Source: Octopus vulgaris (lineage: Eukaryota). Taken from it: 64,000 nucleotides of DNA. The notes under the pieces were generated by a model. It was not told the DNA's origin and did not search any database. It saw only the letters and a program-made list of their open reading frames with translations. Made by a program: the position numbers and the translations under genes. Of the stretch, positions 28,029-41,939 are shown one piece after another (positions within the stretch are counted from its first letter, which is position 1; each line of letters opens with the position of its first letter). Location of the stretch: contig OX597814.1 in the NCBI GenBank assembly GCA_951406725.2, positions 152,334,001 through 152,398,000 of the forward strand, written 5' to 3'.

Positions 28029-28414
28029 TTTATTCTTATAAAAGAATAATAATTTTATATGTTTCAAAATTATGGAGTAACCTTTTAACTTAAAATTGTT
28101 TTTATTATAATTGAACATAAAAGCATATATATACTCTTCTGTGTATATATATACAGTATACAAAAATTAAAAGAAAATGGAAATTTATGATTGACACGTT
28201 TTAATTTATTAACATAATATTATATTATAATCATAATATAATATAATATAATACAATATGAATATAAATATTTATCTACAAATTGTTTCGATTCAGATCC
28301 AATAATGAATTTATTAAAAAAAACTCATGTTTATGGGTAAGAATCTTATCAGGGAAATATTTGACAAAATTAGACAAAAATTACATATGAAGATTGTTAC
28401 ATCCTAAAACAGAC

Positions 28415-28722
28415 TGATTGCACCTAGAAAGTTACCCTCCGAGGCAGAAGTCAGAGCAAGATTGTTTGTGAAAGGCTAGCAGTCACCCACGCATACCAGC
28501 CTCCCCTCTCCACACCACTGATGTTATCTAAGGGAAAGGCAAAGGGGCCGATGCAGCTTGGCACCAGTGATGTCGCAACTCATTTCTACAGCTGAGTTAA
28601 CTGGTGCAACGTGAAATAAAGTGTCTTGCTCAAGAACACAACACGCAGCCCGGTCCAGGAATCGAACTCACAACCTCACGATCGTAAGCTCTATGCTCTA
28701 ACCACTGAGCCATACGCCTTCA
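28415..28722 (-). mobile_element. SINE family C
   Basis: Reverse complement of 7755-8055. Confidence 0.9.
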
Positions 28723-29584
28723 CAGGCTGAATATATACAGTATGTGTGTGTGTGTGTGTGTATCAGTATTTTTTTTATTTACCGATTTGTATATCTGAAC
28801 CAATATTTTTCGGACTTGCTCAGAATGTGTGGGGTTGTTCGTCTCTTAGAAGACCAAATGAAGTCGTAACACTGTGTCTCACCATACACCGACGACATTC
28901 TGAGTAAGCTCTCTGTTGTTTAACTCGCAAGTCTTTTTAACCAGTTTCTCTAAAACAAAACATTACAACCAGCGTTGTTGAACGTTTGGATATGTATTAT
29001 AAAATATTATACGCATTGTCATTTTCGTGAAAATCACCTTAAAAACTGAATGAAACATCGAATAATGTTGTCTTAGATAAATTATACCTGAAACAAAGGC
29101 GGAATGATCTCGGTTACATTTTCTTTGATCACAGATCAGTACAATCAGGGTTGACTTTAGGTTAAGCCACAACAACAGTAACAGCAGCATCTTTTCTCGT
29201 TGCTTTCTTCCAGCTTTCATTTTCTATATTCTCCTGCATGAACTAGCATAATAATTCGCTAAATTACACTGCCTCAGAGCCGAGTAATCAATAATTAAAT
29301 CTGATTGATTTTGTTCCATTAACTCAACAAATAACAACTGTTCTCTTAATTATTTTGCGAACAACCGAGTGATGTTTTTAAAAACAACAATAGTAATAGC
29401 GACAAGAACAACAGAAGAAATCACAGCAGCAGCAGCAACAACAACAACAACAATAATAAAAATGACAACAGTAGTATCATCAATAACAACATCAAAAATC
29501 AGTAACAATAACAGAAGTAATGTTCTTTTATTCTGCTAATATAACATCTAAAACTTTTAAATAAGACAAGATAATACATTTATG

Positions 29585-29632
<48 letters not shown>

Positions 29633-30604
29633 TATCATCATTATCATCATCATCATCATCATCATTATCATCATCATTGTCATCGTCATCACCATCATCA
29701 TATCATTTCCATTATTATTGCTATTATTAAGGCGATGATCTGGCAGAATCGTTAATGTGTCGGGAAAATTTGCCTAGCAGCATTTCGCCCGTCTTTACAT
29801 TCTGAGTTCAAATTCCGCCGAGGTCGACTTTGCCTTTCACCCTTTCGGGGTCGATAAGATAAGTACCAGTTGAGTACTGGTAATTGACTTGACCCCCTCT
29901 CCTCAAATTTTTTAGGCCTTGTGCCTACAGTAGAAAGGATCATCCTCATCATCCTCATCATCATCATCGTCATTATCATCATCACCACGATCATCATTAT
30001 TGTTATCATTATTACTCTTATTAAGGCTGTGGCCTGGAAGAATCGTTAGTGAGTTGAGCAAAATGCTCAGCGGCATTTCCTTCAGTTCTTTACGCTGTGA
30101 GTTCAAATAACGCTGAGGTTACCCATGCCTTTCATTTTTATTTTTTCCAGGTTGATAAAATAAGGAAAAAAAGACAATCAAGTTCTAGGATCAATCTAAA
30201 CGACTAACCTTCTCTCCTATCACCACCACCACCACCACTATCATCATCATCATCATCATTGTCATCGTCAGAAACCATCATCATATCATTGTACCAAAAT
30301 TTGAAACTTTCAATATTATCATCTACATTCTAAGTTCGAATTCCGCCAAGGTCGACTTTACCTTTCATCCTTTTCGAGTCGATGAAATAATTACCATTGA
30401 ACACTGAGGTCAGTGTAATCGACTGCTCCTTCCTACAAATTTCAGACCTTGTGCCTGTAGTAGAAAGGATCGTCGTCGTCATCATCAACCCTAGCATCAT
30501 CGTTATCATCAGCTACAGTAACAGCATCGCTATCATTATTATCGTCACCTCCTTCTTCCCTTCCTTCAGCTTCTCCTCTTACTACTTCCTAACATCAATA
30601 TCAT

Positions 30605-30655
<51 letters not shown>
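29585..30655 (+). mobile_element. Three family A SINE copies (29729-29940, 30023-30215, 30326-30470) interleaved with (CAT)n/(CAG)n repeats
   Basis: GTTCAAATTCCGCCGAGGTCGACTTTGCCTTTCA motifs and triplet arrays seen directly. Confidence 0.8.
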
Positions 30656-30660
<5 letters not shown>

Positions 30661-31229
30661 TCCTTGTTTTTATTTATTGCATTCATCAATTATAGTTGCA
30701 GAAGAATGTCGACGCTGTAGCCAGATTAATTCCAATTAACTGTAAATTAACGTTTAAACCCCTCTCTCCAAATGACCGTACAACATGATCAACTTTAAAG
30801 ACAATATGGCGACAACTAAAATAGAAATCAACACACTTAAATAAACGACAAAAATCAAATGCTTTGTTCAATCATTAATATTTGTTCTACAGGAAAAAAG
30901 CTGACGTTGCTACCCAAACGTAAGAAAAGACCGTATGGTGCTACAGAATTCCAGCGAGAAGAGGTTCTGGGCAGGAAGATTTAGAAGATTAGCTCGTGAG
31001 TGGCCTATGTTTTGAGATATAAGTCAACGAACTAAACATGGACATTAGATGCAGTCAAGTGACTCGTAACAAATAGCGACCAAATTTACCCGAAATCACA
31101 CTATGCTGTTTTGATAATGGAGACATTTGATAATGCAGTAATTGATATAAGCGAGAAAGAAACTGGCAAAAGTCTTTGTTGATAATTCTACAGTATCATG
31201 GTTGTCGTGAACAAGATGTTTCAAAGTCA

Positions 31230-31441
31230 CAGTAATCTCTCGACTATCACAATGTTACGTTCCAAAATCCCTGCGATAAGTAAAAATCCGCAAAGTAGAC
31301 AGTGTAATGTATTTTTTAATTATTTTTATAATTTGTGTATATTTCTTTTATTATAAATGCAAAACAACACCAGGGAGAAATCGACGTAAGCTTAAATAAT
31401 AAACCGCGATAGGTGAACCGCGATATGACGAGGGATTGCTG
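31230..31441. mobile_element. pogo/Tigger-type MITE
   Basis: TIRs CAGTAATCTCTCGACTATC and (reverse complement) CAGCAATCCCTCGTCATATC, with a 3' TA flank. Confidence 0.65.
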
Positions 31442-32199
31442 TATACACAAGACCACCAATTTGATTGAAAAGGTATTAGTACTTGACTGGCACTTTATTT
31501 TATCGATCCTAATAGATGAAAGGCAAAGTTAACCTACTTGAGACTCGAGCTCAGAACATAGCTCCGAAAGAAATACAAGGTATTCTGACAGACATTATAA
31601 TGACTGAACATAATGACAACAAACCAACATACTTAGTCTCGAGCCGCTAAGATCCATAGCTAAATCGCGAAACCAAATCACTTCCTACCAACTTAAAAAA
31701 ATTGGCAGGCGACATTGGATAATATAGTTCCACATAGATGATGCCTGAAGAAAGGTCGGGAATGTCTAGTGTCGAGTGTCGGAACGCTTTTCCTCATAGG
31801 TCTGTTTGATCAACGCTGACCTTGATTCCAAGCAAGAACCGGCGTTTCAGAGGCAACAAAACAAGAAAAATTGCATTAATAGTATCAATTACCACAGCGA
31901 CGAATTAGCAGAGTCAGTAGATCGTTGGATAATACTCTATGTGTTATTTGTTCCGAGGCTCAGCAAACTGAAGACCAAAGTAGATCATAGACTTAATCTG
32001 TCGTCCGGTTAAATAGTACACCTTGGGTATCTTTACTGGAGACCGCTGTGCTGCAAACATTCATCCTAGGTTGCTAGATTGAGGATGCTTTCCTCTCTCC
32101 CTTCCACCAGTCTTGGATACCCTGTAAAGAGTTATGGGTATTGTCTTTACGCTAACTAAAAAGAAAAAACTCAGTCGTAAATAACAATTATAATGTTCA

Positions 32200-33300
32200 A
32201 ATCCCTCCCAAACATACAGAAATAAAACCACATATATAAATATAGTAGCAATATCCAATAATCTCATTCACTTCACGGAGACAGCACAGTAAGCCAATCA
32301 AGGGTAAGGTGCGTACTCGGAAGCTCTAAGTTCCCGGGGAAGTTCACTCATATTATAAAGTTCCTACACTCAGCCATAAAGTACCCATGGCTCGCAGATT
32401 AACTGAAGCTCTGCACAGTTTGGTGTTAATGTGAGAGTCAAGCAAGAGTGCGAGATGACACCATTATTCTCACTTTAGTTGTAATCCAAGCTCAAAGAGT
32501 AATTTCACACCAAAACTGAATATGAATACAGACAGACACTTTTAAAGTAACACCCCAAAGCTACGATGAGGCTATACATATCTTAAGGAAAGAAATTTAT
32601 TTGCGAGTCGATTTGCCTTTGTGTCCTATAATGCACGGGGCATTCAGAGTTTGGTGGATGCTTGTGAAGGTGCAGCCACAAAAACGTTTTGTTTGAAAAT
32701 TATCATCCGGAAGGATGAGATTATTTATCATCTAAATTCTGGCACGAACCAAGTGACATTTCTTGAAACTATTATAATCGAAACGAAATAATTGACAGTG
32801 GCAAATCATCTTATCTACCAGAGTACTACAATTAGTAACAGTACTGGGTTCAGTTAGAGCAAGAAGTGATAGAGGCAAACCATTTTATCTGAGCTGTATA
32901 ATTAGTAAAGATAGAAGGCTCAGTAATGAACTGCATTACAGGGTGAGCAAGATGAACTCTGCATTAAGAAGTTTGAGAGAGCGACTATGGAACAGCAGGC
33001 ATGTATCGACAGGTTTAACGATCAATAGTATTATCCACTATGTTTTAACGATCGGTTGCATGGACAATGTACTGCATAATGAAAACAAACTACATTTATT
33101 TATTATGAAACACTTGAGATAGGTCACGGACATCACATAAAAAGACATGAATAGCTTCATCCAAGCAAAATCAAGCTCTCTGACATGGAAGACCTAGTTG
33201 TGTAAAGAAACTTCGTTTGGCTTGAAAAAGTCCAAATGGCAGGAAAAAAACTCTGCTGCCAAGTCAAAGTTGTTTGGTCTTGCAAGAGATTACAGGAAAT
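32200..33300 (+). pseudogene. Highly decayed RTE LINE RT fragment
   Basis: VRVKQECEMTPLFS (GVKQGCVMAP motif) and LSNELHYRVSKMNSALRSLRERLWNSRHVS. Confidence 0.65.
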
Positions 33301-34159
33301 CCGACTGAGTTACAAACGTCTGTGTACGCGTAACATGAGGAGATAGTTGTTTGAACACAGCAGATAAGGACAAAAACCAGTGGAAAATATCGATTAACTT
33401 CTGATACGGTGACGCATGACATGCTGTATAGACAGTCATCGTTCGTGTCAGCAATAGTATATGAACTTTTGACTCCCAAGAAGAAAAACCATCATATTTT
33501 ATTCCGTCAAGAACGATAGTTTTACTTTTCCAATGTAATTTAACCCATGGTCAACACATCATTACATTGTATTTATACTTTATTCGGTTTTCCATTGTGG
33601 TATAAAACAATTTTGACACGCGATTTATTTTTAAATCAATAAGTTTTAAGACATTTGAGGTGAAACTAATGCTGTGTTTGCTTCAAGAAATACCAAATAC
33701 CCAATAAAAGAATAATTCAATAATAAATGAAAATTATATATGGTAATATTTTTGATCAATATCTCCCGTTGAAGTAGCTGAATTAACAACTCTTTAACAC
33801 CTACAAATTACTAAAAACTGAAATGTTCAACGTGGGAACTTGCTTTAAAGAAATAGCCATAAAATATACCTAAAGACATCGATATATTGACAGAAAACCA
33901 AAATAATGACATTGAGAGGAAAGACATAAATTCCAATATAAGAAAGTGACAAGAATGCTTTATGAGAACAACTAAATTGTTTCAAATACGTCTATCAGAA
34001 CATCTTGAATGAAATTATTTGTAAAATAAACTGTAAAAAGACAGTCTTTTGTCCAATAATTGGAACAGAGAGGTGAATGTCAGTAAATATTAAGAAAGCT
34101 TCGTATATTTACTTATATAATATTGCGTTTCTTAAATAAAGATCTTCGCTATATACGTG

Positions 34160-35340
34160 CAGTGTTTTCGAAACTCGTGTAAGACAAGTGTGTTACAAAA
34201 GCCGAGACTGATCGTTGCGTACTTACCACGAATGGAGATAATAGAAAGTAAAAGAAATATTAACTGAAGAGATATTCGTCATCAGCATTAGGAGTAGGGA
34301 AAAGTTTTTATAGAAAAACTGTTTACGGTGAGAAACGTACGTTGAATATATTAACATTATATGGCTCAATATTTTAAATGAAGAATAATTATTGTCGATA
34401 ATAGATGAAAAACACACTGGTCTATAAGCCTGACATATTTTTGTAAAACACTTTGAGAAACATGAGCGATGATTATTATCAAGTATTTTTAATAGAGTTG
34501 GGATTGAATTCGCCAACTGTTTTTCACACAGGTTTCTGTGACATAAGCATATACATTATAGATCACTACATTCAAAATAAGTTGGGGAATTCAATTCTCA
34601 CGAAGAATGTTTACTTGATGACTCGTTTACCTGCTTAAAATGCATTGTCTTGCAATAGGGAAACAAAACAAACAAGGGGAAAAAAGAGCAGGTGATCTTA
34701 ACAATCTGAAATATTTTTCCATCAGTGTCTGTAGGGATCTTTGTAACGAGAGGCTGATATATTTCATAGAATATAAAGTTCCATATTACATATAGAGACA
34801 AGAAACACTTATTTGATGTATCTTCCTGTGCATTAGCAAATGATCATTAAAGGGAAAATATTTCATGTTTGCCGTGGTGAAGACTTTATATGCTTCTAGG
34901 CAAAGTGATAGACTGCAAAATTGACTTGTGGAGTACATAACAACTGAAGCCAAATAATAAGTTGGTGTCTATAAGGAAAGCTTAGTTCTAACCCTTAGAA
35001 CAGTACTCTCTTCCGATCAGTTGAGAAATTGAAGGCTGTCCTCAATGTCATTTAGAACTCCTTCCGGTTGTTTAATGAAGGGATTTTACCTGAAGCACCA
35101 GATCTCACTTCTCCTTACGACACCCAAACTTAATCATCTTTTACGAATTCATTATCGGCTTTTACTGTGGTAGATCATCATTGGTTTCCGCAAACGTATT
35201 TTCTTTGCCATCGGATGTCTACCAAAAGTGAAAAATTAACTCTAAGCACAGCAGAAGATAATTTTCTCTTTACCAAGAATACTATATTAGTAGCGAAGGT
35301 ATGCTATGTTTTTCATCCTAATAAGTATACGATATTTCAA
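34160..35340 (-). mobile_element. Decayed hAT (Charlie/Buster-like) transposon
   Basis: Terminus CAGTGTTTTCGAAACT. Broken minus-strand frames resemble the STVxRRI and FALQLDEST regions. Confidence 0.45.
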
Positions 35341-35788
35341 TGACTAAATTTCATTAGTATTGCAAAATATATTCACATGTATCAAGGAAATATTTTTTCC
35401 AGTAGCTGCTAACTTATTCCATACAGAAGTGCATGAATGATACACTTCAGTCAGTTGATAAATACATAAATATAACAAACGTACAAGTCTACAGTCAAAT
35501 TTTCGTTGTACATTTTATTTGAGATAAGAATGAGTAAGTAAACAGAGATTACCAGGCAAACATGTGAACTATTTACTGCTCCAAGTAATCAAATCTATTG
35601 TCTGAAAATTCTATTTTAGCTTAATTTTTAAGCCTAGATTCACTTTCAAGTTTCCAGTGAGTTTTCCTTTTATGTGTGTGTAAGAAGGCTATAGTCATCG
35701 AGTTAGCTAAGTAATCAATATCATGAATGGTTGATCACAACAAAAAGTTCTCTAGTTTCATTCGAATGTCGAGATACAGCTATTTGCT

Positions 35789-36008
35789 ATACATACATAC
35801 ATACATACATACATACATACATACATGCATACATACATACATACATACATACATACATACATACATACATACATACATACATACATACATACATACACAT
35901 ACATACATACATGCATGCATGCCTAGATACATACATACATACATACATACATACATACATACATACATACATACATACATACATACATACATACATACAT
36001 ACATACAT
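35789..36008. repeat. (TACA)n microsatellite
   Basis: Seen directly. Confidence 0.95.
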
Positions 36009-36814
36009 GCATATATCTTTTCAAGGTTAATCAGGAACTAGATGAATAACAATCTTCTTCCGCACGCAATCTAGAAATATTCGAGTCAGCTGCTTCTTAA
36101 GGAATTTTTAGCAACCTATGTTCTTGATAATTTCCAGTCGATTTGATGTGTTCGTGAGTTGGAATGGCTTTAAGTAGATCTATTTCAAATAGTTATTTAT
36201 ATTTTGTTGTGTACTTTTCGACGAAAGTTTTCTATTAGAAAATTAAAATTCATTAAATGCAATTCTTACCTTTATAGTAGCCGGCTAAATTCTAAATGTA
36301 TCATTACTCAAACTAATGGTAAAGAAACAGGAAATCTACTTTTAATCCAGATTGTTGACAACGTAGATACGTATTTTAATTTTCTTCGATTTCTTGTCAC
36401 AGGAATCCACGTTGTCTTCTCATCTACTTTTATAACCTTTCCGTGAAGTAGAAACAGTTTCATTGACAGATATCGCCAACACAATTCAAACCCGAATTTT
36501 TCAGACATCTAGCTTTATGCAAATCCATCCACTTAACCTGTATTTTCTGACTTCAATCGATTATTTTCATTATTAGCAGCCTACTTAGATTCAGTATTAC
36601 CTGTATTTCAGTATTACAACACTAGTTACATTTTGAGTTTAAATTCCACCGAGGTCGACTATTCCTTTCATCCTTTCAAGCTCGATAAAATAAGTACCAG
36701 TTGAACAATGGGGTCGATATTATCGACTTACTCTGCGCTCGAACTTTCTGGCCTTATGCCATAAATTGAAACCAATATTACACAATTACTGAAGTAGAGT
36801 ATCAGCGATCAGGT

Positions 36815-37068
36815 TGTTTGTACCTTCTCGAGCCATGCCTGGCTAATAAGGGCCAGTTTCCCAGTTTCATTGGCGTATAGGTTCCCCACCTGGACAGGAC
36901 GTCGGTCCGTCGCAGGTGAGCTGCTAGATGCAGGAGGAAAGAGTGAGAGAAACTTGTGGTGAAAGAGTCAGCAGAAGTTCGCCATTATCTTCTGCCGAAG
37001 TCGTGTGGAGCTTAGGTGATTCGCTCATAAACACACACATTGCTCGTTCTGAGATTCGAACCCACGAC
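36815..37068 (-). mobile_element. tRNA-derived SINE (further family), head truncated
   Basis: Reversed B box GGGTTCGAATC at ~37052-37063 followed by a GC-richer body. Confidence 0.55.
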
Positions 37069-37086
37069 ATTATTAATTCCTCATAA

Positions 37087-37306
37087 GGTGGCGAGCTGGC
37101 AGAAACGTTAGCCTGCCGGGCGAAATGCTTAAAGGTATTTCGTCTGCCTTTACGTTCTGAGTTAAAATTCCGTCGAGGTCGACTTTGCCTTTCATCCTTT
37201 CGGGGTCGATAGATTAAGTACCAGTTACGCGCTGGGGTCGATGTAATCAACTTAATCCATTTGTTTGTCCTTGTTTGTCCTCCTTTATGTGGGCAATAAA
37301 GAAATA
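37087..37306 (+). mobile_element. SINE family A with TSD
   Basis: Full head and body, flanked by ATTATTAATTC(C/A)TCATAA direct repeats. Confidence 0.9.
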
Positions 37307-38307
37307 ATTATTAATTCATCATAACATAAATGGTAATGTAATAAAATAATGAGAGGGTAAAAATAAATACGACAGTGTATCATTTCAATGTTTACAATGA
37401 GTCTACCACGATGGAGTTTAGTCCCAAAACACAATCTCAAACGAAATCATTTACTAAATAAATGCAACTAACGAGTAAATATTTTGTTCACTATATATAT
37501 ATCTATAGCATCTGAATTAAGTAAATCGTACAGTTAATAGTTCTTGTATAACTTCACTTATCGCTTTTAATCCATCTAGATACATTTGTGCACTAATGCA
37601 TTCATGGTTTTATCTGTGGGGTAAGTTTGGATATTGAAAGAAAAATTTAGCTTGTATTTCAAAGTATGCTTTAGGTTTTAGTATTTAATAGTCGTTCTAG
37701 AGACAACCATTATTTTATATTCCAATGATAGCATCAGTGTAAGACGGGCAAATTATAATTAACAGCCTGAAAATGAAATTAACGTAACTAACCAGTTTTG
37801 CATCTGGAAATAAACTAGAAAGGAATTCTGACAAAATATAATTATGAGCGGATGTTATAAATCAGTCAACATTTATTATCACTAAGCTTCCATCTTCACA
37901 TCATATCGCTCGTGACCACAGCAGCTAAATCCCAACAAGCAGCAGCAGCCAAAATCGGGAATATCCTGCCATTGTTCTTTAAGGGAACACGTTTAAAATT
38001 ATATATATCCTGTTGTCTACATTTATTACACATAACTTTACTGAGTATAATTTATACCCTAGGGAACAGGCTGGTATCCGCAAATTTACTTCTAAATATG
38101 TATGACTCTGTGGCAAGGCTAAAGTTAATTTGTGTATGAGAAAGTTAGACGTTTATGTTTTATATAGTGTACCATGCAGTTTCATATGAAGGGTTGTGGA
38201 TTGGCAGAATCGTTAGAATGTCAAATGAAATAACTTCTGGTATGTGTTTCGGCACTTTCCATTCTGAATCCAAATCTTACACAGATATACTTGTGTTTAA
38301 ATATGTT

Positions 38308-38519
38308 TTTCTACTCTTAGCACAAGACCCGAAATTTTGGGGGAGGGGACCAGTCGATTAGATCGACGCCAGTACGCAGCTGGTACTTAATTTATCGACC
38401 CCGAAAGGATGAAAGGCAAAGTCGACCTCGGAGGAATTTGAACTCAGAACGTAATGGCAGACAAAATACGGCTACGCATTTCGCCCGGCCTGCTAACGTT
38501 TCTGCCAGCTCGCCGCCTT
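38308..38519 (-). mobile_element. SINE family A with TSD
   Basis: Reverse-complement copy flanked by TGTTTAAATAT direct repeats. Confidence 0.9.
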
Positions 38520-39036
38520 CTGTTTAAATATCGAAATCAGTTTACTCATCAACAGATTTGTGACAACAAGCAATGGGTTAGAATCATACTGTAGAACTCA
38601 AATCTTCAGTGCTAAGTGTAACTCTCTTTGTCATTGCCAACACAATACACACATATATCTTATCATTCACTCAGACATTTGCGTAGATGTCGAATAGTTC
38701 ATTACAGAGAATATTTCTTACAGATCGACCATTGTTTTGTTATTTATGTCCCTTGACTTAGTCCGTTCATTTTGCTTCCGTTTGACCGATATAGTTTTTA
38801 CTGAACTGTTAACAAATAATGCAGTAAATTAGGTATTTTGTTTAGCTATTCAGCTTTTACTTTAGCCTTCAATGCTTTACCATTCTCGAGTTTTTGAATG
38901 AAATCGTATGTCCCGTGACAAAGATATTCACATTTTGACACCCGCTTTATTTCTTCTAATGTAAATTTCGTCTTTCTTAAGAGTCTTTTATGATTATTTT
39001 TGTCATCTTCGACAGTTTCTATTTCAGGACTTTACA

Positions 39037-39255
39037 CGGCGCGAGCTAGCAGAATCGTTAACACGCCGGATAAAATGCTTAGCAGTATTTCGTCCGTCTT
39101 CACGTTCTGAGTTCAAATTCCACCGAGGTCGGCTTTGCCTTTTTATCTTTTCGGGGTCGATAAAATAAGTACCAGTTGAACACTAGGGTCGAATTAATCG
39201 ACTTAGCTCCTCCTCCAAAACTACTGGCTGTGCGCCATAATTTGAAACAAATATT
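39037..39255 (+). mobile_element. SINE family A
   Basis: Same head and central domain. Further copies at 36630-36778(+), 40337-40558(+) and 46068-46233(-). Confidence 0.85.
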
Positions 39256-39655
39256 TCATTACTTTTCAATGCTTTTACCTAGATTTGAAAGGTAGGGTAG
39301 AATTGGAAGTTATTCTTTGATAGAATGTAAAATGTGGTTTCTAGGATTGTGACTAATTACAAATGGAATATTTCTATTCGTTTCTTCCTCCTCATTATGA
39401 GAATGACTTCGTAAGTCAGCAATTGGGATTTGTTTTGCCTTAGTTATTACATTATTTATGAAGTCTTTCTGGTATTTTTGTCCCTAGAGAACTATTGCTG
39501 TTCTTCCAATTGTCTCACCTATTAATAGAATAAAACCAAAAACTTCAACAGAATAAAATCAAAACATTCAGGTCGATGTAAATATGAATCGTTGCTGTCT
39601 CAAAATACTAGTAAGGTGCCACCTTCTAATGCGGCATAATGTTGCTGTTAAACTA

Positions 39656-40205
39656 CAGTAACACCTTATGAGGATCCACTTTACCAGACCCCGGTTTTAC
39701 GAGTGTTATTTTTCAAGCACAAGATTCAAATTTTGAACAAAGTGCAAGAGTTTCTACCACCATAACAAATGCTTCTGTATGTTACCGAGAAATTTATAAA
39801 GAGCGAAAATAAACTTTCTTCTTAGTAAACAACTTTAGACTTGTTTTTTAAAAATAAATCTACAAGTCCGTCTATTAGTGCTTGTGATTTGACGATCGCG
39901 TCTACAAATGATCGTGTGCACGAATATAATGCGAGCGAAAGTGATTCAGAAAACGATTATAATCATTTTTTTATTATAAATGATCTTGACATTCCTTTCA
40001 CTTTACATAAAATATTATTTACATTCTACTGTTGCTTTATTGCAATTTATATACGAGTATCATAAATTTCATAGGTTAAATATTTTTCTGGGAACGAATT
40101 ACAATTCATAACATAGCTACTATGAGAAATTATTGCTGTTTTACGAGTTTTCGCTTTACGAGAGGTCTCCTGGAACACATTAACTCCATTATCGAGGCAT
40201 TACTG
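39656..40205. mobile_element. pogo/Tigger-type MITE
   Basis: TA|CAGTAACACCT ... CGAGGCATTACTG|TA gives TIRs with a TA duplication. Confidence 0.65.
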
Positions 40206-41510
40206 TATATACAATGTCATCTATAGAAAAGACTACTCTGCAATAGATATAAAGAAGATCTCTGCTATTGACTGTTTATATATATGTATCAACACTAAGA
40301 ATATAAGTATTCTACAAATATTTCTATCAAAACTAAGATGGTGAGCTGGCAGAATCGTTTGTACTCCGGGGAAAAAATGCTTAGCTGCAATTCGACCGTC
40401 CTGAAGTTCTGAGTTCAAATTCCGTCGAGGTTGATTTTGATTTTCAACCCTTTTGAGGTCGATAAAGTAACTACCAGCTGAACAGTGGGATCGATGTAAT
40501 CGATTTACCCATTCGCTCCGGATTTGTTGGCTTATTGCCAAAAGTCGAAACCAATATTTCCATCTATACGTCCACCATGTACGAGCATAACAGGCCTGGT
40601 AAAATTGTTTGTGACAGATAGGAAAATTATGCACAATCACTAAGTAACTGCTGCATTGAAGATGTGAACACCTAAAGCCAAAATCAGTGAGAAAGGGAAT
40701 ATTTACGGCAACTGCTACGGAGTCTACAGCTTCTCTTCTCAGAGGATAAATTCACACTTATACCTATAATTAGCGATGATATGAAATGCAAATGTGACAA
40801 TCAAGAAAATGTTGCCAGGCAAAGTAACCAAAGGACAAGTATTTGGCAATCGCTCACAGTTTTTATTTCTAATTACTGAAAATATTTTTTAAAAAATTAA
40901 TCCCATTGTAGCGCACTGGAATCAAAGGCTCTAATTTGATCTTAGACCCGAGGTTAATGTGTTAATGAAGAATAGAATTAGAGAGCAAACATTCTAATCA
41001 CTAATGAAGTGCCAAAAACATTTATAGAGAATTGTATTTGTAAATACAAAACTATATAATTAATTTTTAAAAATAAAATAAATGTAAGTGATGTGGCACT
41101 CTGAAGCAGCCATAGTCAATAAAAGCTGATGGGCAAGTGCATTCACTGAATAATTGAATTGCTTAAAAAATGCTACATTGGCAGCTTGTAAATTGACTAT
41201 ACTATAGCAGGCTAGTTTATATAGATTAGTTTGTGGAATGGTAGTTTGAACGGTAAACAAAGTGAGTGGTCACAGAATTGATAGGAGATTAAGTAACTTA
41301 AAGAGAGAGATTGGTTGCGGGTTAACTAAAAGATAGTGGGGTGCTTTTGCAGAAGTGATGCAATTATTAATTTTATTGACATAAAGTATATTAAATCGAA
41401 AGAATTAAAAGATGAAAATACATCTAATGTAAATTAATTTATAATAAAATTTATATTATACATACATTATGTTACACACAAACACATACACACACACTCA
41501 CCCACACACA

Positions 41511-41543
<33 letters not shown>

Positions 41544-41939
41544 GCATAGAACATAATACATAAATACATACATACACACATGCATATATACATACATACA
41601 CACACACATACATACATACATACATACATACATACATACATACATACATACATACATACATAAATACACACACATGCTGGAATCGACTCATGTCCGAATA
41701 AAACCATTTTCCATGCGCATTTCCCTCTAAGAAGCATCTCAATTTTGATGTCCTCATTACTGATGACGTTTCATGTGGGTCGTAAGGCCTGCAAAATAAT
41801 AACAAGTCAGCCCCTACCCCCAACCCTCAGCAGCAGCCTGATCATCTGGGCGTCAGGACTTATAATGCTGAATAAGTCCGCCTTCCGACTCTCACATCCT
41901 GCTACACAAGTAGCACGAGAGATCATGCTGGACGTCTCA

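Noticed and set aside
36270-36540. Minus-strand segment bounded by CAG|G and AAG|GTAAG
   Set aside because: Stops in all three frames. A non-coding exon cannot be supported from sequence alone.
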